Shown piece by piece: positions 13,519-25,220 of a DNA stretch of 64,000 nucleotides. Under the pieces are notes generated by a model. The model saw only the letters and a program-made list of their open reading frames with translations, was not told the DNA's origin and made no database searches. A program made the position numbers and the translations under genes. Location: assembly GCA_964106645.2 (NCBI GenBank), contig OZ067039.1; one strand, given 5' to 3'. The stretch's first letter is position 1, and each line of letters opens with the position of its first letter. Source of the stretch: Podarcis pityusensis (taxonomy: Eukaryota).

Positions 13519-13960
13519 ACTGTGCTTACTGGGGCTTTCTCTGGAGCTAGTATGCATATAAGCACAGCTTAAAATTGAATTATTTAGCATAGAAGCAAGC
13601 CAGCTGAAATAAAGGAAGAAGGGGCTACACATGCCCACAGTGTTCACTAGTGTTCTTGTGGGAAGATTCCGAAAGGCCATTGCATCCAAAATTAAAACGT
13701 TTTCTCGTCTCGTAACACTGACCATACAGAGCACTTTGCTTGCAGAAGCTGGGAGGTGATGCTGATGAATCGGGCTGTTTCCTTCCAGCTATATACAGGT
13801 TTAAGGATTCATGAAAGGGGATTTTCCCCTCCCTGACTGTTGTGTGTACCTCCTGATAGACGTGGGAATTGTTGTGGCATTGCGATCACCATTCTCTGAA
13901 TTCTTGGGTAACTGGAAATGTTGCTTATAATTCCTGGAGGCTTTTCCAAATTGGACAACA

Positions 13961-14023
13961 TTGTTGTTGTTTAGTCGTGTCTGACTCTTCGTTACCCCAT
14001 GGACCAGAGCACGCCAGGCACTC
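13961..14023 (-). mobile_element. BovB (RTE LINE) 3'-terminal fragment
   Basis: Minus strand GCCTGGCGTGCTCTGGTCCATGGGGTAACGAAGAGTCAGACACGACTAAACAACAAC; translates WRALVHGVTKSQTRL, the RTE-BovB end. Confidence 0.8.
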
Positions 14024-14148
14024 ATTGCTTCACTTTAAAAGAGTGCTCGAGTATTGTGATATGGATCCTCTTTTCAGAAGGTATGGATCGTTGGAAAGGG
14101 GAACGTGAGCTCCTCATAACGCCTGTATCCCAGGTGTGTGCATCTTAA

Positions 14149-14330
14149 GGAAAGGCTATGACTCAATGGAAGGCATATGATTTGCATGCAAAAGGTTCTG
14201 GGTTCAATCCCAGGCAGGGCTGGGAAAAACCGCTGTCTGCTACCCTGGAGAGCCCTGCCAGTCAGTGTAGACAATATTGAGCTAGGTAGGGCAGTGGTCT
14301 TGACAGTTGAAGGCAACTCTCTGTGTTCCC
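14149..14330 (+). mobile_element. Old tRNA-derived SINE with CR1-like tail (other copies ~22475-22600 and ~47675-47992, minus strand)
   Basis: TTTGCATGCAAAAGGTTCTGGGTTCAATCCC tRNA-like head; GCCAGTCAGTGTAGACAATATTGAGCTAG body repeated in window. Confidence 0.65.
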
Positions 14331-17300
14331 ATGTCTCTGTGACTTGGATCTTGGCTCTTGATACAAGTCGCTTCTTTCTGTTCATGCAGTGCAAGAAGCT
14401 TGTGTTAATTATCAATGTTGAGGATCACTGGAGTGACCTTCTTCCACTTCCCCCTTCTAGGGGAGGTAATTTTGCAAGTTCTCTGAAGTTCCTCCCTCTT
14501 ACGGGTCCGTGCAACCCTGTTCTGTTTTGCCCCTGCCCCCCTTTCTTTTGATCTCCTTGCCTCCGGGCCCCAGATGAGAGCACGCACTTGCCAAGCGAAC
14601 AGTCTGTCTCTGTTTTGGAAGGCCTGAAAATGTGTGCTCTTGATTTTTAGGAAGGCTTACTGTGACGGAGATGAAGAACTCCTTGCACAAAAGGCTTTTT
14701 GCCTGAACCTAGCTGCGGAGCTCTGGTTTGTTTTGCTAAATGCCGAGTGGAACTGAAAGGGCCTAGCCAACAAACCTCACCGACTGTAGCTTTCCTGCCC
14801 AAAGAAAAGTGAGGCAGGACCAAAACTGTCACTCGCAGGGTATGATATACCAAGGGTCATTTGGAGGTTGACAGGTCATACAGAGTGTAACAGGAATCAG
14901 TTTGCGTAGTGTATGTCAGAGCCTCTCAGGCGGCATATTGAATTAGGAAAGGATTAGAGCTCTTCTGAAGTTGTTTATAATGGAGCTTTCCAAATTCCAT
15001 GACTTCCTGGCCAGGCCATGTGGACAAGACACCAGTGCAGCTGCTGTCAGAGCACTGAATGCGTAAAGAGCCAATACCGATGGCTACCTACGTTCAAGCT
15101 CAAGACCTGTCCCCTTTCTGACACACAGTGCCTCACAACTCCTTGCCAAGAAGCTTAGGTTACCCCCCAAAACATGTCTGTCTCTGTATGGTTTACTAAT
15201 AGTGTTTTGTTTGTTGCCACAATGCTTACATTGGCCTCGGCCTCCTTGACCCCTGGGAATGTGTCAGGCCTGCGCACTTTTACAGCATGGGTGTGCTTTT
15301 ATTGTTCATGGCTGGTGACTCCGTAGCCCGGGCATGATGTAGTGGTTAGTTGTGTTTTCTGCCGTCTTGAGGCCCCTTCGGCATGCTTAATCAAAATGTG
15401 CACAAAATACATTTTGACTTTCATGAGATACTTCTGCAAATCCCTTTCCAATGCCAGTAGCACTATACTCTGCCGGCATTTAACAGATCGGGGAGGGAGG
15501 GTATCTGTGCAACTGTTGCCCTCCTTTTAAAGTCCAGATGTGGCTAGATGTGTTCTCCAGAATGGGGGGGGGGACATTTAGCCTTTAGAGTTTGTTTGTT
15601 TTTTAAGTGTTAATGAAAAAAAACCATCAAATGGTGGGGCGTTGCTGTGGGGGAAGTGGTACTCTTGGGTTTCGCTTATTTTGTTTCATTTTTGCCTAGT
15701 TTTCCACTCTGTAAAGAAACAAAAACAAAAACAAACTTGTGTGTTCCAGCCCTGGAATTTATAGAACAGGTACATGCATAACCTCCATATTATTATTATT
15801 TTTAAAAAAGATGGAAAATATTTACAAAACTGGACTGAGGTGGAAGAGGTGTTTTGCCCGTGACTAGTTACGTCACCAAAATATCAAGCAGGTGCCTGTA
15901 GCACTTGTGGAAGTATATTCCACACAGCAGTGATCACACCGTCTGAAGGAAGTAGTCATATTTTCTGAGGTATGCTTTATTTGTCCAAAGAAGCATGCAA
16001 CTAGTTTTGTGAGCCCAACGAAGCTCCAGAGTTGTTTTTCTCAAACTGCAGGCATCCCCCTGCCCCACCACCACAGTTCCCTGGGTGCTATGTGCCAAGC
16101 TGCTTTCAAAACTGACAGGGGTTTTAAATTCAGATGTTTGAAGGAAAAACCTTAAGAATTCAAAGAGGTTAGCAGAAACCTCTTGTCTGAGCTTGAAGCA
16201 GCTCTTGGGATTCTTGGCCAACAGAAGTTTGACCTTGGATTGGGGGCAGGGGCAGAGACATAATGTCTGTGCACAGCAAATGAGAAGCAAACACATATTT
16301 ATCGTACAATGGTGTAGAATGACCCTGAGAGCCATTTAGCACCTGAGCCAGGCCTCTGCTCGGATGTGCTTGCAGCCCTTCAGTGCTGGAACAGAAAGCT
16401 CTGTGCCTTTTCTTTCTGAGTCACAATGTCATCTTGGTGGGGAGCAGCCAGTTCAGTGCCTTTTCTTCTTCTCCCCCCCCCCCTTCAAAGCCACTGAAAT
16501 ATTTTAATTAATAGCAGAAGTGCCAGTGGAAAGGTCCCTTGTGCCTTTGAACTGGGCGACTTTCCCACTCATTGGGAAAGCAGCTCCTCCCATCTTCCCT
16601 TGTTTTGTGCCATCTTGCCCACAGCTGCCACCCAACACGATCTCCGATTCCCACACGCTTGTTGTGGTCGGAAGATAGGAAAATAAGAGAAGTTTTCTGT
16701 GGAGTTCTGAGAAGTCTTAGGAGGGAAAGGTCACACTGGGAGTCTGATTAAACTAGTGATTAAAACCTGTATCTGGAAACGGAAGTTTCTCTATACGTTT
16801 TGGCCCTCTTTAGCCCAGCCTATAGGCCAAACCAGACCTGTAAAGCAATTGTAACTTGACCTATCCCATTTTAATCAATGTGGGGTATAAAACCTTTGTC
16901 CTCTTGAGAAAATAATCAAATTACACAGAGACATGGAGTTGCAGGGGAGTCACTCCTCATTGTAATGTTACTACTCATCTCTGGGTCTTACATACAATGC
17001 ACTGGCTGCGATTGAGTTTTGTGTGTGCCAGGCTCTTCTAGGTATCTTGAACACACAGGAGTACTCATCCCACCCAAACTCCCAAGTTGGCTTTGTTCTT
17101 GAACTTTGCTTTCCAACATAGATTTTTGCATCACCACCACCACCGCATATCTGAATACTTTTTGGCTTTTAACTTCCTCTTTACCTAGGATGCTTTTCTT
17201 CACCTCTCTTTTTTTGTGCATTTTCTGAATATATTAACCAACAGCTGCAAGGGAAGGTTTAGTACCTTCTCACTCCTTGATCCAGCTATGGCGGCTTTCT

Positions 17301-17972
17301 GGTCTATATACCCAATTTTGACTATGACTTTTAGCATTCTAATATGCAGTTTTATTGTTACACATAAAGTAGGGTTTTTGTGTAAGCAGGCAGGCGGTTT
17401 GAATGATACTACAAGCATGATCCCAGACAAATAGATAGAGGATTTGAGTCTTAGGCTGCAATCCTAACCCTATTTACCTGAGAGTAATCTTCACTGAATT
17501 CAATGGGACTTACTTCTTAGGTTAGTATTACTACCTTAAACTCCCTAGTGAAGTGGTTTCCTTGCTATTGCCACCTATAAGGTCTCTGAGCAAATATTCC
17601 TGTTTTCATAAAGAGAGTTAGCAAAAGGTTAATGGAGAGAAGTTCAGACAATAATTGCTGCAGCGACCATATAAGGACATCTGAAAATAATTCAACACAG
17701 ATAGAATATCACAAACATTATTACTGTCAAAAATGGTCTTGTTCATAGTGATCTTCCTTTGATGGTCCGTTTAAAGTCTCTGCTATCTGAACACTTCATT
17801 CACAATCTGGAGTCAGGTCTCCAGTTCCTGAGAGACTAAAGCATCCACAACAAATGGCCATCTAACCTCTGCTTAAAAATTTCCAATGGTGGTGAGTACA
17901 TCACTTTCCAAGGGAGTTCATCCCACTGTCAAACAGCTTTTACCTCCAGAAAGTTAATCCTGATTATGATTA

Positions 17973-18551
17973 CCGTATTTTTCGCCCCATAGGACGCACT
18001 TTTCCCCCTCCAAAAATGAAGGGGAAATGTGTGTGCGTCCTATGGGGCGAATGCAGGCTTTCGCTGAAGCCTGGAGAGCGAGAGGGGTCGGTGCGCACCG
18101 ACCCCTCTCGCTCTCCAGGCTTCGCGCAGATCTCCGTAAGCCGTGGGAGCCCGTGCTGGGCTCCCGCGGCTTGCGGAGAGTTGCCTGCATGCTGAAGGCT
18201 GGGCGCGCTGAGTTCAGCGCGCCCAGACTTTGCGCAGATCTCCGTAAGCCATGGGAGCCCGCGCTGGGCTCCCGTGGCTTGCGGAGAGTTGCCTGCATGC
18301 CAAAGGCTCGGCGCGCTGAGCTCAGCGTGCCCAGACTTCACACAGCTCTCCGCAAGGTGCGGGAGCCCTCGCTGGGCTCCCATGGCTTGCGGAGAGTTGC
18401 CTGTTCTGGGGGCTGGGGTCAGGGGAAGCTCGGGCTTCCCCCGCCCCAGCCCCGCTCCTAGGGGGGGAATAATTTTTTTCCCCTTTAATTCCCCCCCAAA
18501 AAACTAGGTGCGCCTTATGGGACGGCGCATCCTATAGGGCGAAAAATATGG
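17973..18551 (+). mobile_element. Non-autonomous Tc1/mariner (Tc2-like) DNA transposon, copy 1, with internal hairpin array
   Basis: TIR CCGTATTTTTCGCCC(C/T)ATAGGA at both ends, TA target duplication (17971-72, 18552-53). Confidence 0.85.
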
Positions 18552-20698
18552 TAGTTTGCAATTTTACACACACACAAACACACACATAGATTGTCTATCA
18601 TCTTTGTGACCCTTTTTTCGGTATTGCCCTCTTTCACAATAATGAGTTTTTGACTGAATGTGTTTCAGTGTTCTCTAGAGTAGCTGCACAGCTTTCCCAG
18701 GTTGCTCACCATTTATTTTCAGCTGCTTCACAGTTCAGAAGTGCTTCAGTGAAGCATTTTCATTCATCCATTCCAGAATGCCTTGCATCAGCTTCCTCCT
18801 CTACTGGTGGCCCCTGACACCTTTTCCAGCACCTGTTCTGTGAAGCCTCTTGCAGATGACAAGCTCAGTCTGTTTCAGCAGCCCCTGCAATCTAGCTGGC
18901 CCTCTACATTCCCATTGCCCTCAGATGACTAAGGCAACCACATTTAATTTTATCTGCTAGAGAGCATTGATTGCTCTCAGAGAGATGCGAGTTGAGGGTT
19001 GGCAGCACAATGTGTGAGCATCTGTGGGGGTTCCCCCCCCCCATGCCCATGCAAAGTCTGTTACTTCCAAATCTTCAAACCTACTTTCAGGTCAGCCCTC
19101 TAAAGTATTCAAGCTTTTCAGCTGGCAAAATAAGTTGGAGGTCAGGGAGCTGGCCAGGATGTTTTGATAAACCTTCCTTTCTATGTTTTTTTTAAAAAGT
19201 ATTTTGGAAATCTTCATTTCCAAAACAACAGGAATGATTCTGTTCAAAACTTCGCTTTTCTTGGAAATTTCTGTACCAAATGTGACTGTTAGAAAAAGCC
19301 GGGAGAATGTGAAAGCAGCCCAGGCTAGGCACTCTTGATGGCGACCACTCTTCAGAATTAAGTGATTTTAATAGATAGTTTTTGAGCTTCAGGCTTTTTT
19401 CTTCCCAAACCTTAAAGCTCTGTAGTCTTCAGCACTATTCAGCTTTGTCAGTTCTCCTGGTTGCTAGGTAGGTAAGTCCTGGTATATAGAATTATCAGAG
19501 GTTTAATATGATTTACAGGGAAGTGATAGTAGGTATGAGTTGGGCAGGTTAAGGGGTAGTAGTAACCTGTGTAAATGAGACCTGGATAAAGACCACCTCA
19601 CCTCCAAATCTGAGTGTGGTGGGAGTATATCAGCAGGGTGTTTAATTAGATTAATGAATCTGTTTCAACAACAAATGGCTGGACCTGTGTGCCTTAGTGC
19701 TGCAGAGCCCAGTCAGTGTGAAGTTAGTGGCCACACAGTCCTTGAGCAGAGTTAATGGCAGGTTTTCTAGCTCATGTTTCATTTGAGTACAAGGGTGGGC
19801 GGTTGGTCTTTTCTGGTCCCAGTAGGTTCTCCTACTGTGTGCGATCAACATACAGAAAGGAGCGGAATGACCAACAAGAAATATCCTAGCCTGCCGATGC
19901 AAAGTACAGCAATCTGGTCATGGATGTACTTGTAAAGGACTCCTGCCTGCAAGCAGATCTACTCCTAAGCACCCCAGTCTTCCCTTTTCAAGTAGTTGGC
20001 TGGAATGTTTACCCTCCAATAGAGTTACTCATGAATAAGAACCCTGCATAGTTGTGAGTAAACACAGCCTATGAAAACACTGACAAAACTGTGTGTGGAC
20101 ATAGCCGAGGTACTGAAAATTGCAGTGCTTTAACTGCAAATGCTCATGTTGTCTAGAGTATTAGGACTGCACCCAAATTCTCCTTAAAAGGTGAGTAAGC
20201 CCCACTCAGGATGACTGCACCAGTTGATCCTAGGGTGTGCACTGTTCAGGTGCATCAAAACAGGAGCAAGCAAGCAACTTACTCCTTATTCTCTTCCTTT
20301 TTTTTTTGAGGTGGGGGAGATTGAAATCACATTGCTATAACTTCCTAGGTTGCCTCTCCCTTTTCCTAGTTTAGATTGGCTGATTCTAGATGACATTTTG
20401 CTCCCTATCACCAGTATAAACATGCATTCATCCGTTCGTTCTTCCCCCCTTTTTTTGCCTTGAGTCAGTGTATGCTCCATGCTGTAATGGCTTCTGCTTG
20501 GATAGCCTTTCTCTGCCACCGGAGATCTGAAAGCTTGGCAGAGGCTGAAGGGGGCTTTCTTTTCTGGAGAGAAATGGGTGCGGAAGCTGCTCCAGCTTTC
20601 ATGTCCCTGGCAACTCTGTTATTGTTGGATGCCCTTTTTATAGGCTGCTGGTCCTAATCGGGCTGTTTTGCCTAAGCCCCTGTGTTCCTGGGAAGGAG

Positions 20699-20700
<2 letters not shown>

Positions 20701-20737
<37 letters not shown>
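20701..20737. repeat. (GT)n microsatellite
   Basis: Seen directly. Confidence 0.95.
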
Positions 20738-20743
<6 letters not shown>

Positions 20744-21296
20744 GACCTGTCTCGGCACTAGCGTGAGGGGCAGTGCTGAGGTGGGGAACCCTGCTGTTTG
20801 CCTTCTCCAGCATTATTTGCTGAGCGGCAAACTCATGGGCGCAGGAGTGGATATGTATTGTGCAGACTCCTGCTTTTGAGTCTGCATGTGACTAATGTGG
20901 GAACTAGAACAGAGACTTCTCTTATTTTTGTAAAAAAATAAACTATGTTGGTTTTGTGTACACATGGAGATGGAAGCGAAACGCAAAGAAACACCAACCT
21001 TGTTCAGTGGGATGCTCTTAATAGTTTCCGTATTTAATATAGACGAAACCACTCTATAATATTTGAAATAGTCTTCTAAGAGACTTGTAAATTAATTTAA
21101 CATGGATTAACTGACAAAAAGGAGCTAATTAGACTCATGGAAACGCCAGACAAAGGCCTGCTGTAACAAGTGGGTTATAGCTAGTATGATGAATCTTCAG
21201 AAAAAGTCTGTCCTGGGCTTGAATCATCAGATCTCTGTGCTCTTGAGATCTCTGCACTTTCATGCTGTGTTGTCAGGACATCAGAAGAGGCTAGAC

Positions 21297-21408
21297 CAGG
21301 AGTGGGGAACCTCTGGCCTTCGCAACTCCCATCAGCACAAGCCAGCATGGTCAAAGATTATGGGAGTTGTAATTCAATAACAAGGGGCTGCAGGTGCCAA
21401 CATCCTTG
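21297..21408. mobile_element. hAT MITE, same palindromic family, degenerate
   Basis: TSD ggctagac/gactagac; tgggagttgta core. Confidence 0.65.
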
Positions 21409-24345
21409 GACTAGACTCTAGAGCATCCAGCCTTAACTTACAGTGGAGAGGTGAAGGACTGTCTCAGTCGCTATTACAGTGCAGAAACCCAGGCCAGGCA
21501 TCGGGCTCGGGAGACCCGTACATACACGGTCACTGTCGTTTCAACAACAGAATATATTGTTTGGAGGCTGGTCCTGAGAATCCTAGCTTTTGCTGCAGAA
21601 CCTCATGGTTGTTTGTAGTGGAGAAAAACTAAACTACAGAAAAGCAGGGAAGGTCTGGAAAGGATTCCAGTGGCTGATGTGGCAGGTATGAGAGTGAAGC
21701 ATCCTCATTTTTCCCAAGTTGGAGAAGGCTGCTTTAAATGCCATTTAATGGTGTGTGGTTCAATGTAGCCTAGATTTGCTACTGTTCCATGAACTCGTTT
21801 CTACCTCATGCGGCCGCACTAAAGTCTTGCCAGCAAAAGTAGCAATCTTGCAAAAGGGTGCTGACAAGCTTTGGTTGCATTTGTCTGAGCAAAGGAGGTT
21901 CGTCTTGATTCCGGGGATGACTTCTGAAAGTTATTGCATGATATTTCTTTTATGCTGAGGACAGAGAGATCAGAAAGTGAGTGGTCCAGCCAGGACATCT
22001 ACATCATTCTTTCAGACTCTTTGAAACTGATAAGGCCTGTGGTTCCAGCTATGAACCACTCCATAGCTATTTGTGACCTCCTGAGTGAACTCAAAATGCT
22101 TAATGTTAACAGCACCTTCTTACTATTTTTGTGTGAGAACATCCAAAGGGAGCAATCCCAATTGCATCCAAAGTGACAAGTAGGGGAATAACTACACCGG
22201 CACATTTTCATAGCATCTCCTCTCTCTGAATTCGGTCCAGTTGGCACCAGTTTTGGTGCATAGCCCACTCGCCTTGTATGAATTCCGAGGAGAAGAAAAG
22301 TCTTACGTTCTCTTTCTGCCAAACTCAGCAAGGAAGTTGCTGGGGAGGCGGGGGATGAAACAAGTCAAGTGGGAAGGACAGTGTGCAAGGGAGTGGGTAG
22401 CAGAGATGGGATGTAGAGAAACCTGCAGTGCTACAGAAACAAGGGTGCTATGGAGTGCAAAGGCAGGGAAAGGAACACAGAATACTGCCTTATACAGAGT
22501 CAGACTATTGCAGTAGGTCTCTGAGATTTCAGACAGTCTTTCTCAGCCCTACCTGGAGATACCAGGGATTGAAACTGGAACTTTTCACATGGAAAGTATG
22601 TGTTGTTCCCTTTCCAAAACTGGTTAGCAGTGGCTGCACATAGACCTGAAGCGGGAGAGAAAGCGAGCTGTAAGATGGAGAGGGATGCAAGGAGATTTCT
22701 GGAGGGGAAAAACAGAAAAAGGAAATAGCAGATAAGAGTACAGACCAGTGGCACTTCAGACAGAGAAAAGAAGGCCTAACAGGGATGCAGAGAGCTAGGA
22801 ACATGCTGTGGGCCACGCAGAGAAAAGAGGCATTAACAAGACACTTTTTTTAAAAAGAGAACACTGAGCAATAAAATAAAATAAATTGGAATAAAATGTT
22901 GTTCCTTTGCAAGCCTAACAGAGTAGCCCTGCTAAGTTAATACAACTATAAAAGTGTCTCTTAGTATTTGAGTTGTGCACCCTTGAAACGGACCGATCAA
23001 TAATACATGCTTTCAGCTTTGCAATCAGCAGTCATTGAGTAAGAACAGTCACTTACTTTTTTTCTAACCGAGATTTTGCTACCTTTCCAATTATGCTGAT
23101 GTGTTCTGTCCTCAAAGCTTGTGTATCAAGTTGCTATAATAAGTCTTAACATTTTGTCTGCTTTTTTCTGTTCAGACCTTTGGGACCAATACAGCCATTG
23201 CTATCTAACAAGCTTTCTTGTCTGAAGATGCAACAAGCTATTCCAGGAATCCCATTATTTGAAACACAGGCAGTGATAAGGGTCACCGGACCCTGAGTCC
23301 TTTCTGATTTCTGATACTGTTTGTTTCTAGAAAGTCTTGGGGTGTTGAGTTCCTCCTCTACCCCCACCCCAGAAAGGCTTGGCTCACTGTGATGGGCTGA
23401 AAGAATATAGATACCTTAGATGGTTACCCTAGCAGGGGCCTCTGTGAACAAGTGCTGGAATTACAAGGCTATGACTGATGCTTATTTTCCTTACAAGGTT
23501 GAAAAGGCATCTAGAGCTACTATTGTTAAACCTGATAGCCACCAGAAAGGGGAAGAGACTTCAACTGTGGGATCAAAGCCAGGAAAACAAATGTTGTCAA
23601 CTTGTCTGCTTAAGAGAAAAGGGGTTGCATCTGAAGAGAGCGTCCTGCAATGTGTGCCTATTTACTGGAGGGTGAATTTGCAGACTGGCAGCAACATGGA
23701 GTTTTTGGAACCCATAAAGACTTCAAGGCATTGCTTTGATATTTTGTTATTGCTGTTTGTGCTGGCTGCATTATCCCCATGTCCCATGAATTATTTTAAA
23801 GTGTTCTCGAGGGCAGAACTGATCAACTGCAGGCTTCTCTGCTGAGTACTCCAGCCAAGGGGTCCCTGAAGCTCCAGCTGTGTGTGTGCTTTTTCTTAGC
23901 TAGTTGGACTTTCCCCCTCCCCACTCTACCCCAAGGAACACACACTGGCATGACTCAGTCCTGGGGCTTAGGAAAGGCCAGTTCACAGATCTCTGCTTGT
24001 GCTGGGAAGCAGTGAAGAGAGGTAAGCATCCCAGAGTCTGGGAAAGGCAGCAGACAACTATGGTCCCATCTTCAAAGGAGCTGAAGAGGCCCCACATGCT
24101 TCCATCTAAATATTTATTCCCCCCTCCAATGTATCTTAACATTTCTGCAAGTGTTGAATCAAGCTATTCTTGGCTTTGTCAACAAGAGGAAAAATACAAA
24201 CGAGCTGAGGATCTTTTCTCATTGCTGTTCTACTTTCATATTCTTTGGTGCGGTTTTGGGTGCGCTCACATCTTTGAGTCAGTGAATCTGATGCTGGCAA
24301 AGCCTATGCAGGTTGAGAATCTTCCAGTAGACTTAGATACAGTAG

Positions 24346-24470
24346 GTAGCCGTGTTGGTCTGCCGTAGTCGAAACAAAATAAAAAAATTCCTTCCAGTAG
24401 CACCTTAGAGACCAACTAAGTTTGTTATTGGTATGAGCTTTCGTGTGCATGCACACTTCTTCAGATACAC
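24346..24470. mobile_element. Penelope-like element terminal fragment (related pieces ~7255-7380, ~45025-45150)
   Basis: GTAGCCGTGTTGGTCTG..GTAGCACCTTAGAGACCAAC..ATGAGCTTTCGTG..CACTTCTTCAGAT signature. Confidence 0.7.
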
Positions 24471-25185
24471 ACAGACTTGTTACACAGGGACAAACTTGGC
24501 AATTGAGTTTCCTGCCGCAAAAGGTACCTTTTGAAGACTGAACCTTCATTTCTGTGCTTCAGATGGAATGGGACACCATGGTTTCCCATTGTGTCTGGAC
24601 AAAGCCTGTGTAACCAATGAGAGAGCAAAAACAGCAAGTACAGTGAATATTGCACCTTTCCAGTTTGTATGTCAAGTCTTAGCCAGTTTACTGTCCCTCT
24701 GTGTTGCTCTTAGCAGAGAATATATGCCACTAAACATGTTAGTTTCTGGTATGATTGTCCTGGGTGGTCCCATGTGCCCAAACAGCACCAGATATGTTCA
24801 GTACTAATACTGTTAGTACTCCGTGGTCAGAACTTGCTGTACTTTGGCTTGGGAGTATCTTAAGTAGACTGTCTCCACTTACTTTACCCTTGTGTAAAAG
24901 TTCCCCTTTCAGACCAAATCTCATAAAAGGTAAAAGACTTAAGCCTCTGTTTTCCAGCTGCCTCACGCTCACTCTCTGTTTGATCATGGTCTCCTCTGCT
25001 TTGGAAAGCTTTTTTCTTGGGTATTAAATGAGACAAGGCCATTTAGGCAACGTCCCTTTGACTGTGGTGGTTCTCATGTTTGTTTCCTTTCCGGAGATGC
25101 TCTTTGCTGCTTGTCAGGGAAGCTTTTGATCTGCTAGCTTCCCCATTGAATTTTCCAAGTGCTGATTTCTGTGTATCTTGAAGGA

Positions 25186-25186
<1 letters not shown>

Positions 25187-25217
<31 letters not shown>
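25187..25217. repeat. (GT)n microsatellite
   Basis: Seen directly. Confidence 0.95.

Positions 25218-25220
<3 letters not shown>

Noticed and set aside
14149-14220. tRNA gene
   Set aside because: tRNA-like head continues into a SINE body; cloverleaf is degenerate
18126-18405. CRISPR-like repeat array
   Set aside because: Eukaryotic context; the units are tandem duplicates without unique spacers; no cas genes
17954-18507. Several 77-144 aa overlapping ORFs with internal repeats
   Set aside because: They are by-products of the GC-rich palindromic MITE interior; no transposase motifs
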